A stretch of DNA of 64,000 nucleotides from Lingula anatina (taxonomy: Eukaryota > Animalia > Brachiopoda), in assembly GCA_051362555.1 (NCBI GenBank), contig CM120647.1, positions 19,072,651-19,136,650 on the forward strand. The letters run 5' to 3'. Position numbers and translations under genes: made by a program. This document shows positions 25,527 to 39,697 of this stretch, piece by piece; position 1 is the stretch's first letter; each line of letters begins with the position of its first letter. A model generated the notes under the pieces. That model did not search any database and had not been told where the DNA came from. It was given only the letters and a program-made list of their open reading frames with translations.

Positions 25527-27833
25527 CTATTGCAGATCAGGATCGAACTCCTGGTGGTCAATCTTGCCGTCATCATTGGCGTCCATGTCGTCAAACACAA
25601 CATCCTTAGGGGCCCTTTTCCCATTCTTGCAAACACAGGCAACGATTTGTTTTTTCGTTGAATACCACCCAGTCGTCGACACTCTAAACAAATAATGCAA
25701 AGATCTTAATTTCTTGTGAACATATTATTTTTCAGATATTATGTACCAGAGATGTCAGCGATGACGTAATTATTAATATTGACTCTTTATTATTATTTTT
25801 AATATTGTAAATCATTATTTTCACAAACATTTATTTCATCGCCACTACTATTTTTATTGCAAAAAAAAAAATGAATGTGTTCAGAAAAGCCAGAAGAAAC
25901 TTGTTATTATGTAATAAAATTATCACAGGACCCTGCTGGAAGATGTAGAAAAGGTAACATACATATACAGTTTAAGCAGTGCCTCGGGGTGAATGTAGCA
26001 GAGATAGGTAACTAGCACATTCAAGAAAGATGATCCACGGACTGAGAGCACTTTCAGAACAAGTTTATCTGCGGACTAACCAGCGGATTGGATATATTTA
26101 ACCAACTTAAAAGCAATGCCTGATGACTCATGTGGAGGCCGTGAGACCATCAGGTGATTAAGCGGCTTGCTGTTTGATGGGTTCGGCCATATTTAGTCCA
26201 CGGATCAGTTAGTTTGCAGATCATTTGTTCTGAATACGCTCTAACTGATTCTCCGACCCCGCTCGAAAGTAATCCTCTTAATTCCCCGATGGTCTCTTCG
26301 GCTTTACGTGCACATTTAACGGATTAACTCTCGGCTTCGAAATAGAGAGGGCCTATGTATAATATGTTCTGAATGGATAATATCTATCTTCAAGAGAGAG
26401 AGGGGGTCCCATTCAGAATTAGGGACTTACTATGTTCAAATATGGCCGACCCACTTGAATACTTTCCCACGTGGTATCTATTCAATGTTTATTAGCGGGT
26501 TAGACGGCAAGCTTTGGCGTGGGTGGCCGTCGGACTAGTGAGTCCCTTATTCTGAACGGAGAGAGAGAGAGAGGGAGAGAGATTTCTTCTTACGGTTTGA
26601 TCTCGCTGCCGCAGTCCTTCCTACATGAACGTTCACATTTGCAGCCAAATATGTTACATTTTCCATATGAACAGTAAGGGGTTGCCTGCAATGTAAATCC
26701 GGAATTAATATCCCTCTCTCTCACTTTCTGTAATCATAAAATGCACGGACACACACACATACGTACACAATTGATTTCTGACGATCATTAACGCATCGAA
26801 TTTCAATAAACTCCATGAATATAATAGAAGATAAGAAAAGATGGCCGACAGCTGCAATCATCTGTAAGTGCTCTGTGAAACTATGCCCTAAAGCACAGTA
26901 ACCACTGCACAAAGATCTTTCTTATCCAGAGGTGTAAAATAGACATTTTTTTAAAATTAAAATTAAAGATACACAGAACAGATTTCCTAAAAGCTTTAGG
27001 TTAAAATTAAGAAACATGCAGAAAAAACTCCACTTAACCTGTGGACCGGGAAAATCTCGAACAAACAAACAAAGGAAGACAAGATGGAGGACTCTTACAA
27101 CATCCTTGGTGTTCAACCTGATGCAAGTACAGACGAAATAAGTGATGTCTTCACATCCAAAGTAAGCAAAATTACTGTACTTAATGATGGAAAACTACAA
27201 GCAGGCTCTGGTTGTTTCATTCCCCATAATGATAAAGCAATCTGTGCCAAAATGCAAAGAAACTACAGAAGAAGAGGGAGACTGTGACAAATGACACAAC
27301 ACAAAACATACCTGCTAGCTGATGAGAAATAATTGTCGCTTGAGAGCCTTACATCTATATATAATTGAAAGTTTGAAAAAAAAACACCCATCAATAGCAA
27401 TAGTCGTTTTATTCTGTGCTAGTTCCCTGTAATCATTCCATAATTTGCATATGTATTGGTATAGATTTGTATAGTTGTTATAAAGTTGTTATGATTAGAG
27501 TAGATAGCCTGTAAAAGTAACTTGTATGCATTGTAGTGCTCAATAAAGATTATTTAAAAATGGACTTAAAGCTTTATTGTAAATTCATACTAAAATGTAC
27601 GGTGTCATGTTCCCTATAATGCAAAGTCCGCCTGATACCAATCGTGTTGTGAGTGTGCTATGAATGCACTTAGAGAGGAATTATCCCGGTACTAGTAGAC
27701 TCACCTTTGTGCAGTCTGCGCAGATTTTCACAGTTGAATATTTAAATTTCGCGCCGCAGCAGTCGGATTCAGCTTGTTGTATTAAAGCTGCCAGACACAA
27801 CGCAACTAATGCAAAATTGGCAAAGAAAACCAT
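25527..27833 (-). CDS. Mytimycin-like secreted 12-Cys peptide precursor with C-terminal EF-hand, copy C (125 aa, intact)
   Basis: Exons 27833-27705, 26685-26594, 25683-25527. MVFFANFALVALCLAALIQQAES-DCCGAKFKYSTVKICADCTK/ATPYCSYGKCNIFGCKCERSCRKDCGSEIKP/VSTTGWYSTKKQIVACVCKN-GKR-APKDVVFDDMDANDDGKIDHQEFDPDLQ*. Canonical donors GTGAGT and GTAAGA. Putative non-coding exon ~28103-28060. Confidence 0.92.
27084..27161 (+). pseudogene. J-domain (DnaJ)-like first-exon fragment, antisense in intron 1 of copy C; deleted variant at 36850-36915 in copy D
   Basis: MEDSYNILGVQPDASTDEISDVFTSK followed by a GTAAGC donor resembles the J-domain start (YxILGV...AS..EI). No HPD exon follows. Confidence 0.55.
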
Positions 27834-28275
27834 CTTCTGAAATGTGAAGTGACAATGTGGAGCTGACACAAATGCAAAAGGAATCTTAGAAGACAGTAGA
27901 GCTCACATCCCTTCTGTCAGCAGCTAAACTAAACTTTCAGAGGCACGCTGACAGTAAAGACTTGAGATGTCATTCGGTGTTCTCGAAGTGCAAAAAGGCA
28001 ATCGACATCGTTGAAAACTAGGTAGCAGTTAAAGAAAATATCTTGGACAGAATTTTTACCTGAGTAATCCTTGATCACTTCTATGCCAGCCTCAAAAATA
28101 TTGAAAAACCTCCACAGTTTGAACGATTAATACCGTTTTCAAGTGCAGTGCAAGCTTCGTCAAGGTATCGGCTTTTAAAGTAGTGCACACGCCTGTAATC
28201 TGAAGAGATCAAAGCAGGTAGAACAGACATCAAAGTTATGTACTGGTAGAGGTATTTTACAATGATTTTACCTAA

Positions 28276-28795
28276 AGCCCCTATTTCACACAGACCACGA
28301 ATCCCACGAATGGCCATGAATTGACAAATTTCACGATTCGTGGTTGAATCGTAATCAGTTCGTGAAGTTCTTAACAGATTCGTATATAATCGTAGTCAGT
28401 TATTGCAATTCTTTATCAATCGGGAATTCGTGGCAAAAACTTTGAGCTGTTCAAAGTTTAGGCCACGAACTCCCGATTCCAAAAAATCGTAGTGAATTTC
28501 TGGACAATATTCGTGCGATTCCAACCGAATCCCACGAATATTCGTAACACTATCGCACCTGTATCGTAACTGAATCGTAGAGCGTGTCGAATTAGACCAG
28601 AAAATTGGCAAAATCTCACGATTCCAGCCGAATCCCACGAATATTCGTAACACTATCGTACCTGTATCGTAACTGAATCGTGAGCGTGTCGAATTAGACC
28701 AGAAAATTGGCAAAATCTCACGAATCTTCACGAATCCTGAAATTTGTCAATTCCTGGCGATTCGTGGGATTCGTGGTCTGTGTGAAATAGGGGCC
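28276..28795. mobile_element. Harbinger-type MITE inserted in the proximal promoter of copy C
   Basis: TIRs GCCCCTATTTCACACAGACCACGAATCCCACGAAT with TAA/TAC flanks and an internal ~103-bp direct repeat. The site is empty in copies A, B and D. Confidence 0.85.
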
Positions 28796-29196
28796 TACGT
28801 CTGAGTTATCATTTACCGATTGGTTCGGCAATGCGTAGAAAGATAATGCATGTTTGAGACTGATTTTCATCTGTGGAAGTAATTTTCGTCAGAAAGATAA
28901 TAAATCTTAAGGTTTTACGCATGCGCATTTTAAAATTCTAGCTTTTTCCGGTTAAACGTAATCATTAGACATAACATCATCTATTCATCAACGAATCAAA
29001 ATGATTCAGAGGTCTGTTGACAAATTTTTACTGTAAACCCCCAAAGTTAGGATTAAAAAAATAAATGACACTGTATACTGTTTAGTTACACAAGTGGAAT
29101 ATATATTGCCTGTTAACCTACAGCAAATAAAACCACAAGGAACATTTAAGGAGCTGATGCACATTTGAAATTTGATCGCGGGTTCGAATTATTGAT

Positions 29197-29233
<37 letters not shown>

Positions 29234-30329
29234 AGAAAAGATTTCTAAAGATTGCGTTTGATAACCATTACAGGAAAAACATATATAACAGAGGATGTGC
29301 GAGTCAGTCGCAGTGTAACAGGAATGGACGTCCTACCGGGTAAGAATGAAGTGCGGGCTCCCATATGATTTGTACAGATTAGCGTTAGTTGGTGTATTGG
29401 GGTTAACACTGAATATAAAATTCATTTGTAAATCATTTTGAAAGTTGTGTTGGCTTTCTACTAAAGATATATGTTCAAATTTCACTCAAAACGTCAACAT
29501 GACCATGACACTATTATGTATATAAACCTTTCTTTTGCTTATTTGGTGTTTCTTCTTTAATACCCCCCTCTGTTTCTCAATCCGTTTTCTAGTTGCACGA
29601 CTTTTTCTGGGAACTGGTTGTAAGGAAAAATATACTACTCTATGCAAGGTATTTTTTCCAGTAATCTGTCTAAATTTTACACGTTATGCGGCGTTGATAT
29701 TTACATTTTTTACTTAAATTTTGAAGAGTTATTATTATAAAAGTATGACATCCGTCGCTAATGTAAGAATTAAGATCAATCTATTGGTATATGCCTGTTG
29801 TCGGGTTCCAAGCTACCGGTATGAGACCATATGCCTTGGATACTGCTGGAGAGAGAGAGAGAGAGAGATATTATCTTAATTGCACGGGTTTCATTTGATA
29901 CAGTTAGTCCTATGATATACGAGAACGAATTAAGTTTTATAAGCACTTCATCGTAACATTTAATTTTCACACTTTTTATCCTTAAAATGTATATCAATTA
30001 TTCATCACGATTCTCCATTCATTCTGCATTACATTCCCGTATACAGTAGATCAAAGTAGTTTCTGAATCAAAAGTTGTTAACACCAGTATTGTAATGTGC
30101 TTTTTTCATAACAGACAGAGGAGACGCTTTCATAGTAAAACTCTCATATGTCTGTGTTTAATTGATTTTTTTTTTATCTAGGTAGATATATGAATGTGAA
30201 AGTTGTCAAACTTTGTAATTTTTGCTTGAAAATAATAAAAGTTATACAAGTTGTGTAGGCTTTCTACAAGTACTAAATCAGAATTGTTCACATTTCACAC
30301 AAAACATCAACATCTTCTTCAATTGGTCT

Positions 30330-31466
30330 TCAGGACCATGGAACTTCAAAGTCACACCTTGAAAATGCCAACATGTGAAAAATTAAATTTTCACAAAAAA
30401 CTGTTTAACTGCCAGAAAAATTTACCAAACAGACTGCATTGCCCACTGAAACTGTATTTTAGTCCCATGTTTCTTTCCTGTAAGTTTGAGAACAGTAAGT
30501 ACATGGTTTTCCTTAAATGGTCATCACGGGAGCAGTGCCCAAAATAGGGGTTTCTTCAAAGTTTGATGCAATATTACAAAATGTTTAACAGCATAATGAC
30601 CATCAATTTTTAATAATAAAATATTAATATTATGGATATTCAGATAATGTGACTAGAAATGGTTTTCAGGCCCATGGGACTCCAAAGTCACACCTTGAAA
30701 GTGCCAAAATGTAAACAAGACAGCACTGTTCTTTTTTCATTTTTAACCATTTTTAACATAAAACAAAATTTACAGTTTACAACCATTTTTTTATGATCAA
30801 CTAAGAAAATTGATGAGATGGGAAAATATCAATAGAACAGTGTTTAACATTTAAAAATGTCCAATTTCCTCCATTCTGAGATTCTGAACATAGTGAATGA
30901 TAGAATCTGACAAACTGCAATATGATATGAGCTTATTTCCATTATTGAAACTTTATTACACAATACACGATAACAAGTTTACCATCATTTTTACATAATC
31001 AACTAACAATGTTGTAAAGATGCAGGAAATGTCAAACAAACACTTTTACGTGTCTTATTAGTTTAATAATGAGACTGTTAACATGCCTAAGAATTGAATC
31101 TGAGGAAATGTGAAAAAACAGCATAACTTCTAAAATAATGGCCCGATTATGCTGATTTTCGAACTGAACATGCGTTGAAAGTAAGATTGAGTGAGTTTCA
31201 TGACAATTGGCTTATCGGTTTTCCTGGAAATGTGTTTACAGTGTTGCATATATGCAAAAAAAAGTGAAAAAACAGTATAACTTCTACAATAGTGGGCCGA
31301 TCATGCTGATTTTCGAACCTGACCTGCGTTTTATAAATAATCATCAGCTCTGTAAATAAAAAAAGCCAAAAAGTAAAATTGTCTTCCACTTATCGTGTTT
31401 ACGCTGAAAGTGCACGGCGACGGCGATGGCAATATGTACAGACACATCTGTGTCTGTATATAAAAA
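30330..31466 (-). mobile_element. Truncated copy of the Helentron-associated-like repeat seen at 57973-60789
   Basis: Reverse-complement match to the ACAGACACAGATGTGTCTGTACAT palindrome, the 161-bp unit and the downstream body. It lies between the C and D duplication blocks. Confidence 0.7.
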
Positions 31467-33730
31467 TAAAATCATCAAATCACAATTCCTAGTAAATAAA
31501 TCTTTATTGGTATCTTATTCAAAATGCGAGTCTGGCGAGTTGAAAGTAACGAATCACCGAGTGTAACAACAATGACTTCGTTTCAGGAAGAACGAGGAAT
31601 AAAAGACCGCATTTACGAGTCAGGGCAGGGGAATGGGGGGGGGGGGCTTCTCGGATCATACTGTGAACATGAAAAGTATTTCGGAAAATAAAAAGTGGCT
31701 TTTACGGGTATAGGCAACGCCCAGTGGGATCCTTGATTTAGCTCGTTTGTACTGGCTAATACGGGTTAAAACAAAACTCAACGCATTTAATCTTAAAGGT
31801 GCCAAGTTCATATTTAACGAATTATCCTGAGGTAATATTTGAGGTAAAATTTGGCTAATATGGGTTAAAACAAAGCTAAATAGGTATTTCATCTTAAAGG
31901 TACAAATGAGGATGTTCGTGCCATATTCATATTTAACGAATTATCCTGGGATAAAACGACATTTATCTCCGATTTACCAACCTTTCATATTCCTTTCCTG
32001 ACAATCGCCAGAACTCTAACAATTTTGGAAAAAAACCAAATTCCAAACCCGCTCAATGACTCGACTAACAGATGTCGCGAGACTCTCGCGTCGTGACTCT
32101 GGCTCTTTACAAACAGTGCCAAGATGGCTGACTACAGAGGTAGGGCAGGGGACGATGAATATGATTATTTTTTGTGATATTGATTAAGGCCATTCATCTG
32201 TTATTTTTGTTTAAAAAGTTTTAATTGTCCTCAAATAAATCCATCGAAAAGTAATTCATGAACTTAGAATGCGTTTTAAATCCGACATAATGGGCCTTTT
32301 ACATGATGTGACCTCATTTAGAACAGGGGACTAACAGCTCTATGTATCCTAAAGTCTAGATGGACCAGGTCGATAATGAAATTCATCACAACATTTAAAT
32401 GGCAGATTTTTCCTACATCACCTTGAGCGAACCTCACAGTCGATGACGTTTTGACATATAAACAATCATAAAGCCAGATTATTAATAGGCTTCTCCTGCT
32501 TGGTTTCTTTGCTTAACCAAGAAGTTCTACTCTACAACTTCTTGGTTTAACTCATGCATGGATTGTCTGACTTTGTGGAACAATCCACAGTTTGAAAATT
32601 GGTGCTTATTTTAGCATTACACAAGCTGTGTCGTGGAGAAGTACAGAGAATCAAGCCTTTATTCATTTATTCATTTATCTGTTTTTTTTTTTTAAATTTT
32701 ATTGACCAATCTAAATGTCATAATTTTTTTATTCAGTCATATACTTCTGTTTGGGCATACATGTATGCATAAAGCGCCCTTTCAGTGATAATTAATATTT
32801 TCCGCGTTTCGTGATGTAAAAGAAGGTACGTGGAGATTTTTGGGTGGATGACGTAATGAGGTCCAGTTATAAGTGGTAGTCCAATGCACGTCCAATGAAG
32901 ATTGGCGTGGGTGGTATAAAAGAGAGGATACAGGTAATAGTGGTCACTTTCTAGCCTGATTGGGGAAGGGTGGGATCATTTTTCCTAAAAAATATTACAT
33001 TAAATATTAATAAATTAGATCATGCCCAGTTTTTTTTTTTTTTCTCTTTTTTTTTCCCAGGAACTGTGTGGGTTTCACCTCTGTTTTTCCTTTGGGCTTG
33101 ATGAAAACTGTAATAGTATATATACATTAAGTTATAGTAGTTACAGTAAAAATGTAAATACAGTTTATTTGTTTAATAAATCATCGGCGTCGAGCAACAT
33201 CAGCGGGCTTTCGGCAAAATGTAATTTTGCGTTCGATCTAATTTTGAAGAAAATATAGTGTATTCTAGAAAGATATTATTAAAAGCAACAGGGAATAGTT
33301 TGGGTACTTTATATATTGATTTCCTATTGCTGTTGTTGAAGTGGACAAACTGTCGATGAAAATGGAACACGTTTGGACATTTTGTGGTAAGGGAGTTGGA
33401 ACCTGACGAAGATGAAGGTCGCCGATGTGCCCATATCGTTTACCGATCAAAAAAGCAAGAAACAAGCTTGTTTGTGTCAAAAACCAGTAATAATAATAAA
33501 TAAATAAATGAAACACAACGACACCGGTTGCGATGCTATCTGAATTTCATATAAACAGCATTCTGGTATCTGAATTTTATATAAACAACACTAATGTCTC
33601 ACATGATTTCAAATCCTAATTTTGAATTTCGAAAGTTAATTTCTTAAGAAAGATCGATTCCCAATGATTTTCCAAATGTCAAATAAGGATGGAAACAGTG
33701 CTGCGCTTTTCATCCTGGTACACTTCAGAG

Positions 33731-34043
33731 CTATTGCAGATCAGGATTGAACTCCTGGTGGTCAATCTTGCCGTCATCATTGGCGTCCATGTCGTCAAAC
33801 ACGACATCATTGGCGGCCCTTTTCCCGTTCTTGCAATGACAGGTAACGGTATATTTAAGCGTTGCGAACCATCCACTCTTTTTCACACTAAACAAATAAT
33901 AAAAAGATCTTAAATTCTTGTGAACATATTACTTTTCAGATATTCTGTACCAGCGATGTCAGCGATTACCTTTTATTAATATCGACTCTTTATCATTATT
34001 TTTAATATTTTAATTCATTATTTTTCGCAATTTATTTCATCAC

Positions 34044-34089
<46 letters not shown>

Positions 34090-37000
34090 GCAAAAAAAAA
34101 AAAAAAACGAATGTGTATAGAAAAGACAGAGAAATGCACGTGAATATGTGGTAAAATTATCATGCATACACTACGAGCGTTCTTGTATATAGATGGTTTG
34201 CTCGTACAACACTGCTTTTTAAATTGGCAAAAGTTGCACCTAATGCGCAGTTCACTCAAGCAGCAAGCAAACTTCAACAAATACACTCTCTACACATTGT
34301 TGCGGCGTATCTTAAAATACCATTTAAAGTCTTAGGAGACATTCAGAAAAGATTATCCGAATACTAACCGATCTGCCGAATAAATATTATGACCCACCCC
34401 TCTTCAAAAGCGCTGCCGCTGATACCCCTTCACACTGCCTCCACACGCGCCGTTAAAGCCTCTCTTACAACCCGTCGTGCGTGCTTAGAGATCGTGCGTC
34501 TTCGGAGTTCTCGTCAGACGTAGCGTTGTCGCAGGATGAAAATTAAATCGCAGCGGACGAAGTAGTAAGTACTTTATGAGTAGGTGTGTCGTGCTCTAAA
34601 CGTGGGGCCCGCAAGAGGTCTGTACGCCTTTTTTTGGCAGTAGGAAGAAGTAAGGAGCACGTACGATCTGTACTCGTGTCGCACACAGTGAGTGAGATAA
34701 TCATACGTGTATTGCAAGTGAAGCGTACGTTTTCAAAAACCGTACTTACGAAGTAAGAGAAACGTAAGAGAAACGTAATAAGCACGGAAGTGGAACGCAC
34801 GGATAATCAAAATAATATGAAAGGGAGCACCGAGTCTCTTCATCATTCACTGTTTTGGCTTCCAAAAAGGCACTTCCAAGAAGGATGCGCCATCGACTTC
34901 TACAGCTGCTAATGCTAGAGGAGGCCGAAGATCGTGACGCAATGCTGGCAGTGGTTGCTCGGGATCGCCTGCACTTTTATCGTGCTGGGCACGTGCGTCG
35001 TGTTAGTGTGACGCACTTCACAGGTATGGTAGTAGTACTCGCCACGCACTTTGGAAGTAAGATAAACGCACGGAAGAAGTGCGCTCACCCCCCTTTTTGT
35101 GAACACGTACATTGAAAGCAAGTAAAACTTACGAGTCTCTTGCGTGGTAAGTACGTCTTCGTGGTAAAATACCCCGTAATTTCTGCATGCTTTTCCTGCG
35201 TTACACGCACGCCTAGCGCACTTACTCAGTACTTTTGTCTTGCGTGCTACGAGCGTGCTCCAGGCGTTCTATTTGTCGCAGACAGGTCGTAGCGAAAAAC
35301 TGGCCGGCCAGTTTTCGGGCTGCGTGCTTTGCGTCGTGTTTGCGTCCACCAAAAATAGAACGCTCCACGTGTATCTTACTACTTGGCCAATTTTTTGCAC
35401 GCAAACCGCTCGTAGAAGCACGCACGACCGGTTGTAAGAGTAGCTTTAACGGATTAAATCTCGGCGCCAAGGTTTAATTGCTAGGCCCCTGCGGCGCACG
35501 TGGAGGCGGGGAGACCATCATGGAATTAGCGGCATTGCTTTTGATGAGGGATTGGCTATATTTAGTCGGCGGATCAGGTAGTAATCGAACCATGTATTCT
35601 GAATGGCCATGTAAACTGTTAGATGCATTAAGAGATGTTGACCAAATCCCTACGTTTTATTTCTGAACGACTGCGGTACAGTTGCGTCGAGTCTATGAGT
35701 ATGACGTTACACGCAATCCATCTTATTAGAATCTACTTACGGCCAAGCAGGAGAGGTAACATACATGTAAGCAGTGCCTCGGGGTGAATGTAGCAGAGAT
35801 AGGTAACTATAGCGCATTCAGAACAGATGATCCACGGACTGAGAGCACTTTCAGAACAAGTTTATCTGCGGACTAACCAGCAGATTGAATATATTCCACC
35901 AACTTAAAGGTAATGCCCTGATGGCTCATGTGGAGGCCGTGAGAACTTCAGGGAATTAGTCGGCTTGCTTTTTAATGGGGTTGGCCATATTTAGTCCGTG
36001 GATCAGTTATTTTGCAGACCATCTGTCTTGAATGCGCTCTAACTGATTCTCCTACCCCGCTTGAAAGCAATCCCCTTAATTCCCCGATGGTCTCCCCGTC
36101 TTTACATGCACACTGGTCATTTAATGGATTATCTCTCGGTTTCGAGATAGAGAGGGTCTATCTACCGGGAATCGTACATTCTGAATGGATACTATCTATC
36201 TTCAAGATAGAGAAGTTCCATTCAGAATAGGGGACTAACTAGGTTCAAATATGGCCGACCCACTTGAATACTTTCCCACGTGGTATCTATTCAGTGTTTA
36301 TTAGCGGGTTAGACGGCAAGCTTTGTCGAGGGTCGCCATATATGACCTTCGGACTAGTTAGTCCCTTATTCTGAATGGAGAGAGAGAGAGAGAGATTTCA
36401 TCTTACTCTGTGATCTCGCTGCCGCAGTCCTCTCTACATGAACTTGCGCATGCGCAGCCAAATATGTTACATTTTCCATACGAACAGTAAGGGGTTGACT
36501 GCAATGTAAATCGTGAATTAATAACCCGACAATGCATACTCATAAAAACACACGGGCACACACACAAGTACAAAATTAATTCCTGACGACCATTTACGTA
36601 TCGAATTTCAATAATCCATATAAGACAAGACAAGTTGGCCAACAGCTGCAATCATCTGTAAGTGCTCTGTGAAACTACGGTATGGCCTAAAACACCGTGA
36701 CCAAAAAGATATTTCTTATCCAAAGGTGTAAAATAGACATTTAAAGATACAAATAAAATATTCCCTACAAGTTTTAGGGTAAAATTAAGAAAAATGCAGA
36801 AAAAAACTCTGTGGACTCGGAAAATCTCAAACAAACAAAGGAAGACAAGATGAAGGACTATTACAACATCATTGGAGCAAGCACAGATGAAACAAGGGAT
36901 GCCTTCACATCCAAAGTAAGCAAAATTACTGCACTTAATGATGGGAAACTACAAACAGGCTTTGTAGCATATTTCACACTCATGAATCAAGCTACCAGAC

Positions 37001-38400
37001 AAAATATGACAAAGCAAGAGGATTGGATAATAAAGTCTCCTACAAAACTGATCAGTATTTTGGGCCAAATTTGGTAGCTGTACAGCGCAATTGTCAGTGT
37101 GCTATAGTCAGTATTAGCACAGTGAATCTAGTAAAAAGGTGGACTGAAGCCATTAAACAATACCACAAACCAGACACTGAAAACGAAGTAAATGGTGGCA
37201 GCGGGTACCAAATTGCACAGTTTAAAGCCCTTAGCTCAAGCAGGCTTCAGACCAGGTTATAGAACAACAAATCATATCTTTACTTTGAAATCACTAGTCA
37301 ACAGGTACGTATCTCAATCACAAAAAAAAAAAAAATATATATATATATATATTTACTGAAATTGCTTAAACTCGGAATCCGTGGCAATTTCTACCGTGTC
37401 ATAAAAAGCATGTATAGTAACACCAGATTAGGCATCTCGGTAGGTGTGGGTTATACTACCCATTTCTAACAACACTGGGAATTCGCCAGGGGGATAATCT
37501 TAGCCCCACTCTCTTTAATTTATACACGGATGACATCAAGGAGGCTTCCCATTCTTGTAACCAGTCCGATGCAATCAACGGACTGAATCATATCCTGTAT
37601 GCTGACGACCTTGTCCTATTATCTGCATCTAAAGATGGTCTACAAACCACCGGCACTACAAGCTTACTGTAAAAAGTGGAAACTAAACATAAACGAGAAT
37701 TATGATATTTAATGAAAAAAGGAAAATAGTAAGTGTCCCCGTTGTAATGGAATTGAAACGGAAACCCACTTTCTACTAAAATGTGAAGATCATAGTGACG
37801 GAAGAAGTAGACTCATGATACCTCCTGAAATGAAAACAGATCAGGAAAAAAAACAGTGGCTGCTCAGTCCAAAAAATAAATCCTGCTTGAGAGCCTTGCA
37901 TCTATATATAACTGAAAGTTTGAAAAAACGATCGATACACCATCAGTAGCAACAGTCGTTTTATTCTGTGCTACTTCCCTGTAATCATTCCATAACTTGC
38001 ACAAGCATATTTTGTATAGATTTGTATAGTTGTTATCAAGTTGTTATGATTAGAGTAGAGAGCTTGTAAAATGCAACTTGTACACATTTTAGTGCTCAAT
38101 AAAGATTAAATAAAAATGGACTTTAAGCTTTATTGCTTTATTTGTAACTAAAATGTACGGTATCGTTTTCCCTATAATACAAAGTTCGCCTGATACCTGA
38201 TACCATACATGTGTTGTGAATGTGCTATGAATGCACTTCCCGAATAAATACCCCGGTACTAGTAGACTCACCTTTGTGCAGTCTGCGCAGATATTCCCCC
38301 CCAAATATTTAAATTTCGCGCCGCAGCAGACGGATTCAGCTTGCTGTATTAAAGCTGCCAGACACAACGAAACCAACACAAAATTGGCAAAGGCAGTCAT
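33731..38400 (-). CDS. Mytimycin-like secreted 12-Cys peptide precursor with C-terminal EF-hand, copy D (125 aa, intact)
   Basis: Exons 38400-38272, 36498-36407, 33887-33731. MTAFANFVLVSLCLAALIQQAES-VCCGAKFKYLGGNICADCTK/STPYCSYGKCNIFGCACASSCREDCGSEITD/VKKSGWFATLKYTVTCHCKN-GKR-AANDVVFDDMDANDDGKIDHQEFNPDLQ*. TATAAATA at 38708-38701 and putative non-coding exon ~38679-38636. Confidence 0.92.
34457..35445. mobile_element. Non-autonomous TIR DNA transposon flanked by TTAA, in intron 2 of copy D (Harbinger- or Kolobok-like)
   Basis: TTAA|AGCCTCTCTTACAACCCGTCGTGCGTGCTT ... AAGCACGCACGACCGGTTGTAAGAGTAGCT|TTAA with a CpG-rich interior. The superfamily cannot be resolved by eye. Confidence 0.8.
37232..38110 (+). 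mobile_element. 5'-truncated, internally deleted non-LTR retrotransposon (LINE; RTE-X/CR1-like) in intron 1 of copy D
   Basis: RT motifs AQAGFRPGYRTTNHIFTL, GIRQGDNLSPTLFNLY and LYADDLVLLS, a C-terminal CPRCNGIETETHFLLKC, and AATAAA at the 3' end. Only the 3' tail survives in copy C (~27335-27560). Confidence 0.85.
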
Positions 38401-39649
38401 CTTCTGAAATGTGAAGTGACAACATGGAGTTGACACAAAGGCAAAAGGAATCTTAGAGGACAGTGGAGCTCACATCTCTTCTGTCAGCAGGTATACGTAA
38501 CCTTCAGTGGCACGATGACAGTAAAGACTTGAGATGTCATACGGTGTTCTGTAAAACCCAATGTGCAAAATGGCAATCGGCGAAATATAATACTATGCAG
38601 CAATTAAAAGAAAATGTCTTCGATAGAATATTTACCTGAGTTATCCTTGATCACTTCTCTCTCAGTCTTGAAATGATTGAAAAATATCCACAGTTTGAGC
38701 TATTTATACCGTTTCCAAGTACAGCGCAAGCTCAGTCAAGGCATCGGCTTTTGAAGCAGAGTAAACACCTGTATTCAGAAAAGATCAAAGCATGTAAAAC
38801 GGACATCAAAGTTATGTACTGGTACAGGTATTTCACAATGATTTTACCAAAATCTAAATCATCATTTTCCGACTGATTCAGCGATGCGCAGAAAGATAAT
38901 GTGTGTTCGAGACTGATTTTCATTGGTTGAAATTATTTTCACCAAAAAGACAATTTATCTTTAGGTTTTACACATGCGCATTTTAAAATCTAGCTTCATC
39001 TGCTTGAATGTAATCTTTAGACATAACACCATCAATTCATTAACGAATCAAATAATTCAGAGGTCTGGAGACAAAATTTTACTAAAGCTAGGTGAAAAAC
39101 GTGGTGGCACTGTACTCAGTATACTGTTTAGTTTCGCCGATGAAGTGGAATATGTTGCCTGTTAACCAACAACAAATTAAATCACAGGGACCATTTAAGG
39201 GGCTAATGCATATTTGATGTTTGTTCTCGGGTTCGAATTCTTGAAAGTTCCTTGAATTTTGCTAGAAAAGATTTCTAAAAATTGCGTTTGATTGTCACAA
39301 CAGAAAAAACGTACAAACAGAGGGTAGTTAAGTCAGTCGCAGTGTAACAGGAATGGACGTCCTACCGGGTAAGAATGAAGTGCGGGCTCCCATATGATTT
39401 GTACAGGTTAGGGTTAGTTGGTGTATTGGGGTTAACACTGTAAATAAAATTCATTTATAAATAATGTTGATCAACATGAGAGAGAATTGTGCAGTGAAAG
39501 GAGATTTGAAATTGACAATAGTTTCAGTCAAAAATTAAAAGACAAAATGGATATATTTTTAGGAATAGGTCTTTGAAGCGAGAAGCTATAAGTTTATAAA
39601 CTTTTCAAGACTACAGCTATGAGACCATCTGCCTTGGATATTGCTGGAG

Positions 39650-39697
<48 letters not shown>

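Noticed and set aside
25373-25642. Paralogous ORFs ...CLTTWTPMMTARLTTRSSILICNSS (also 33679-33876)
   Set aside because: These are the alternative frame of exon 3. Splice phase selects the NGKR/EF-hand frame.
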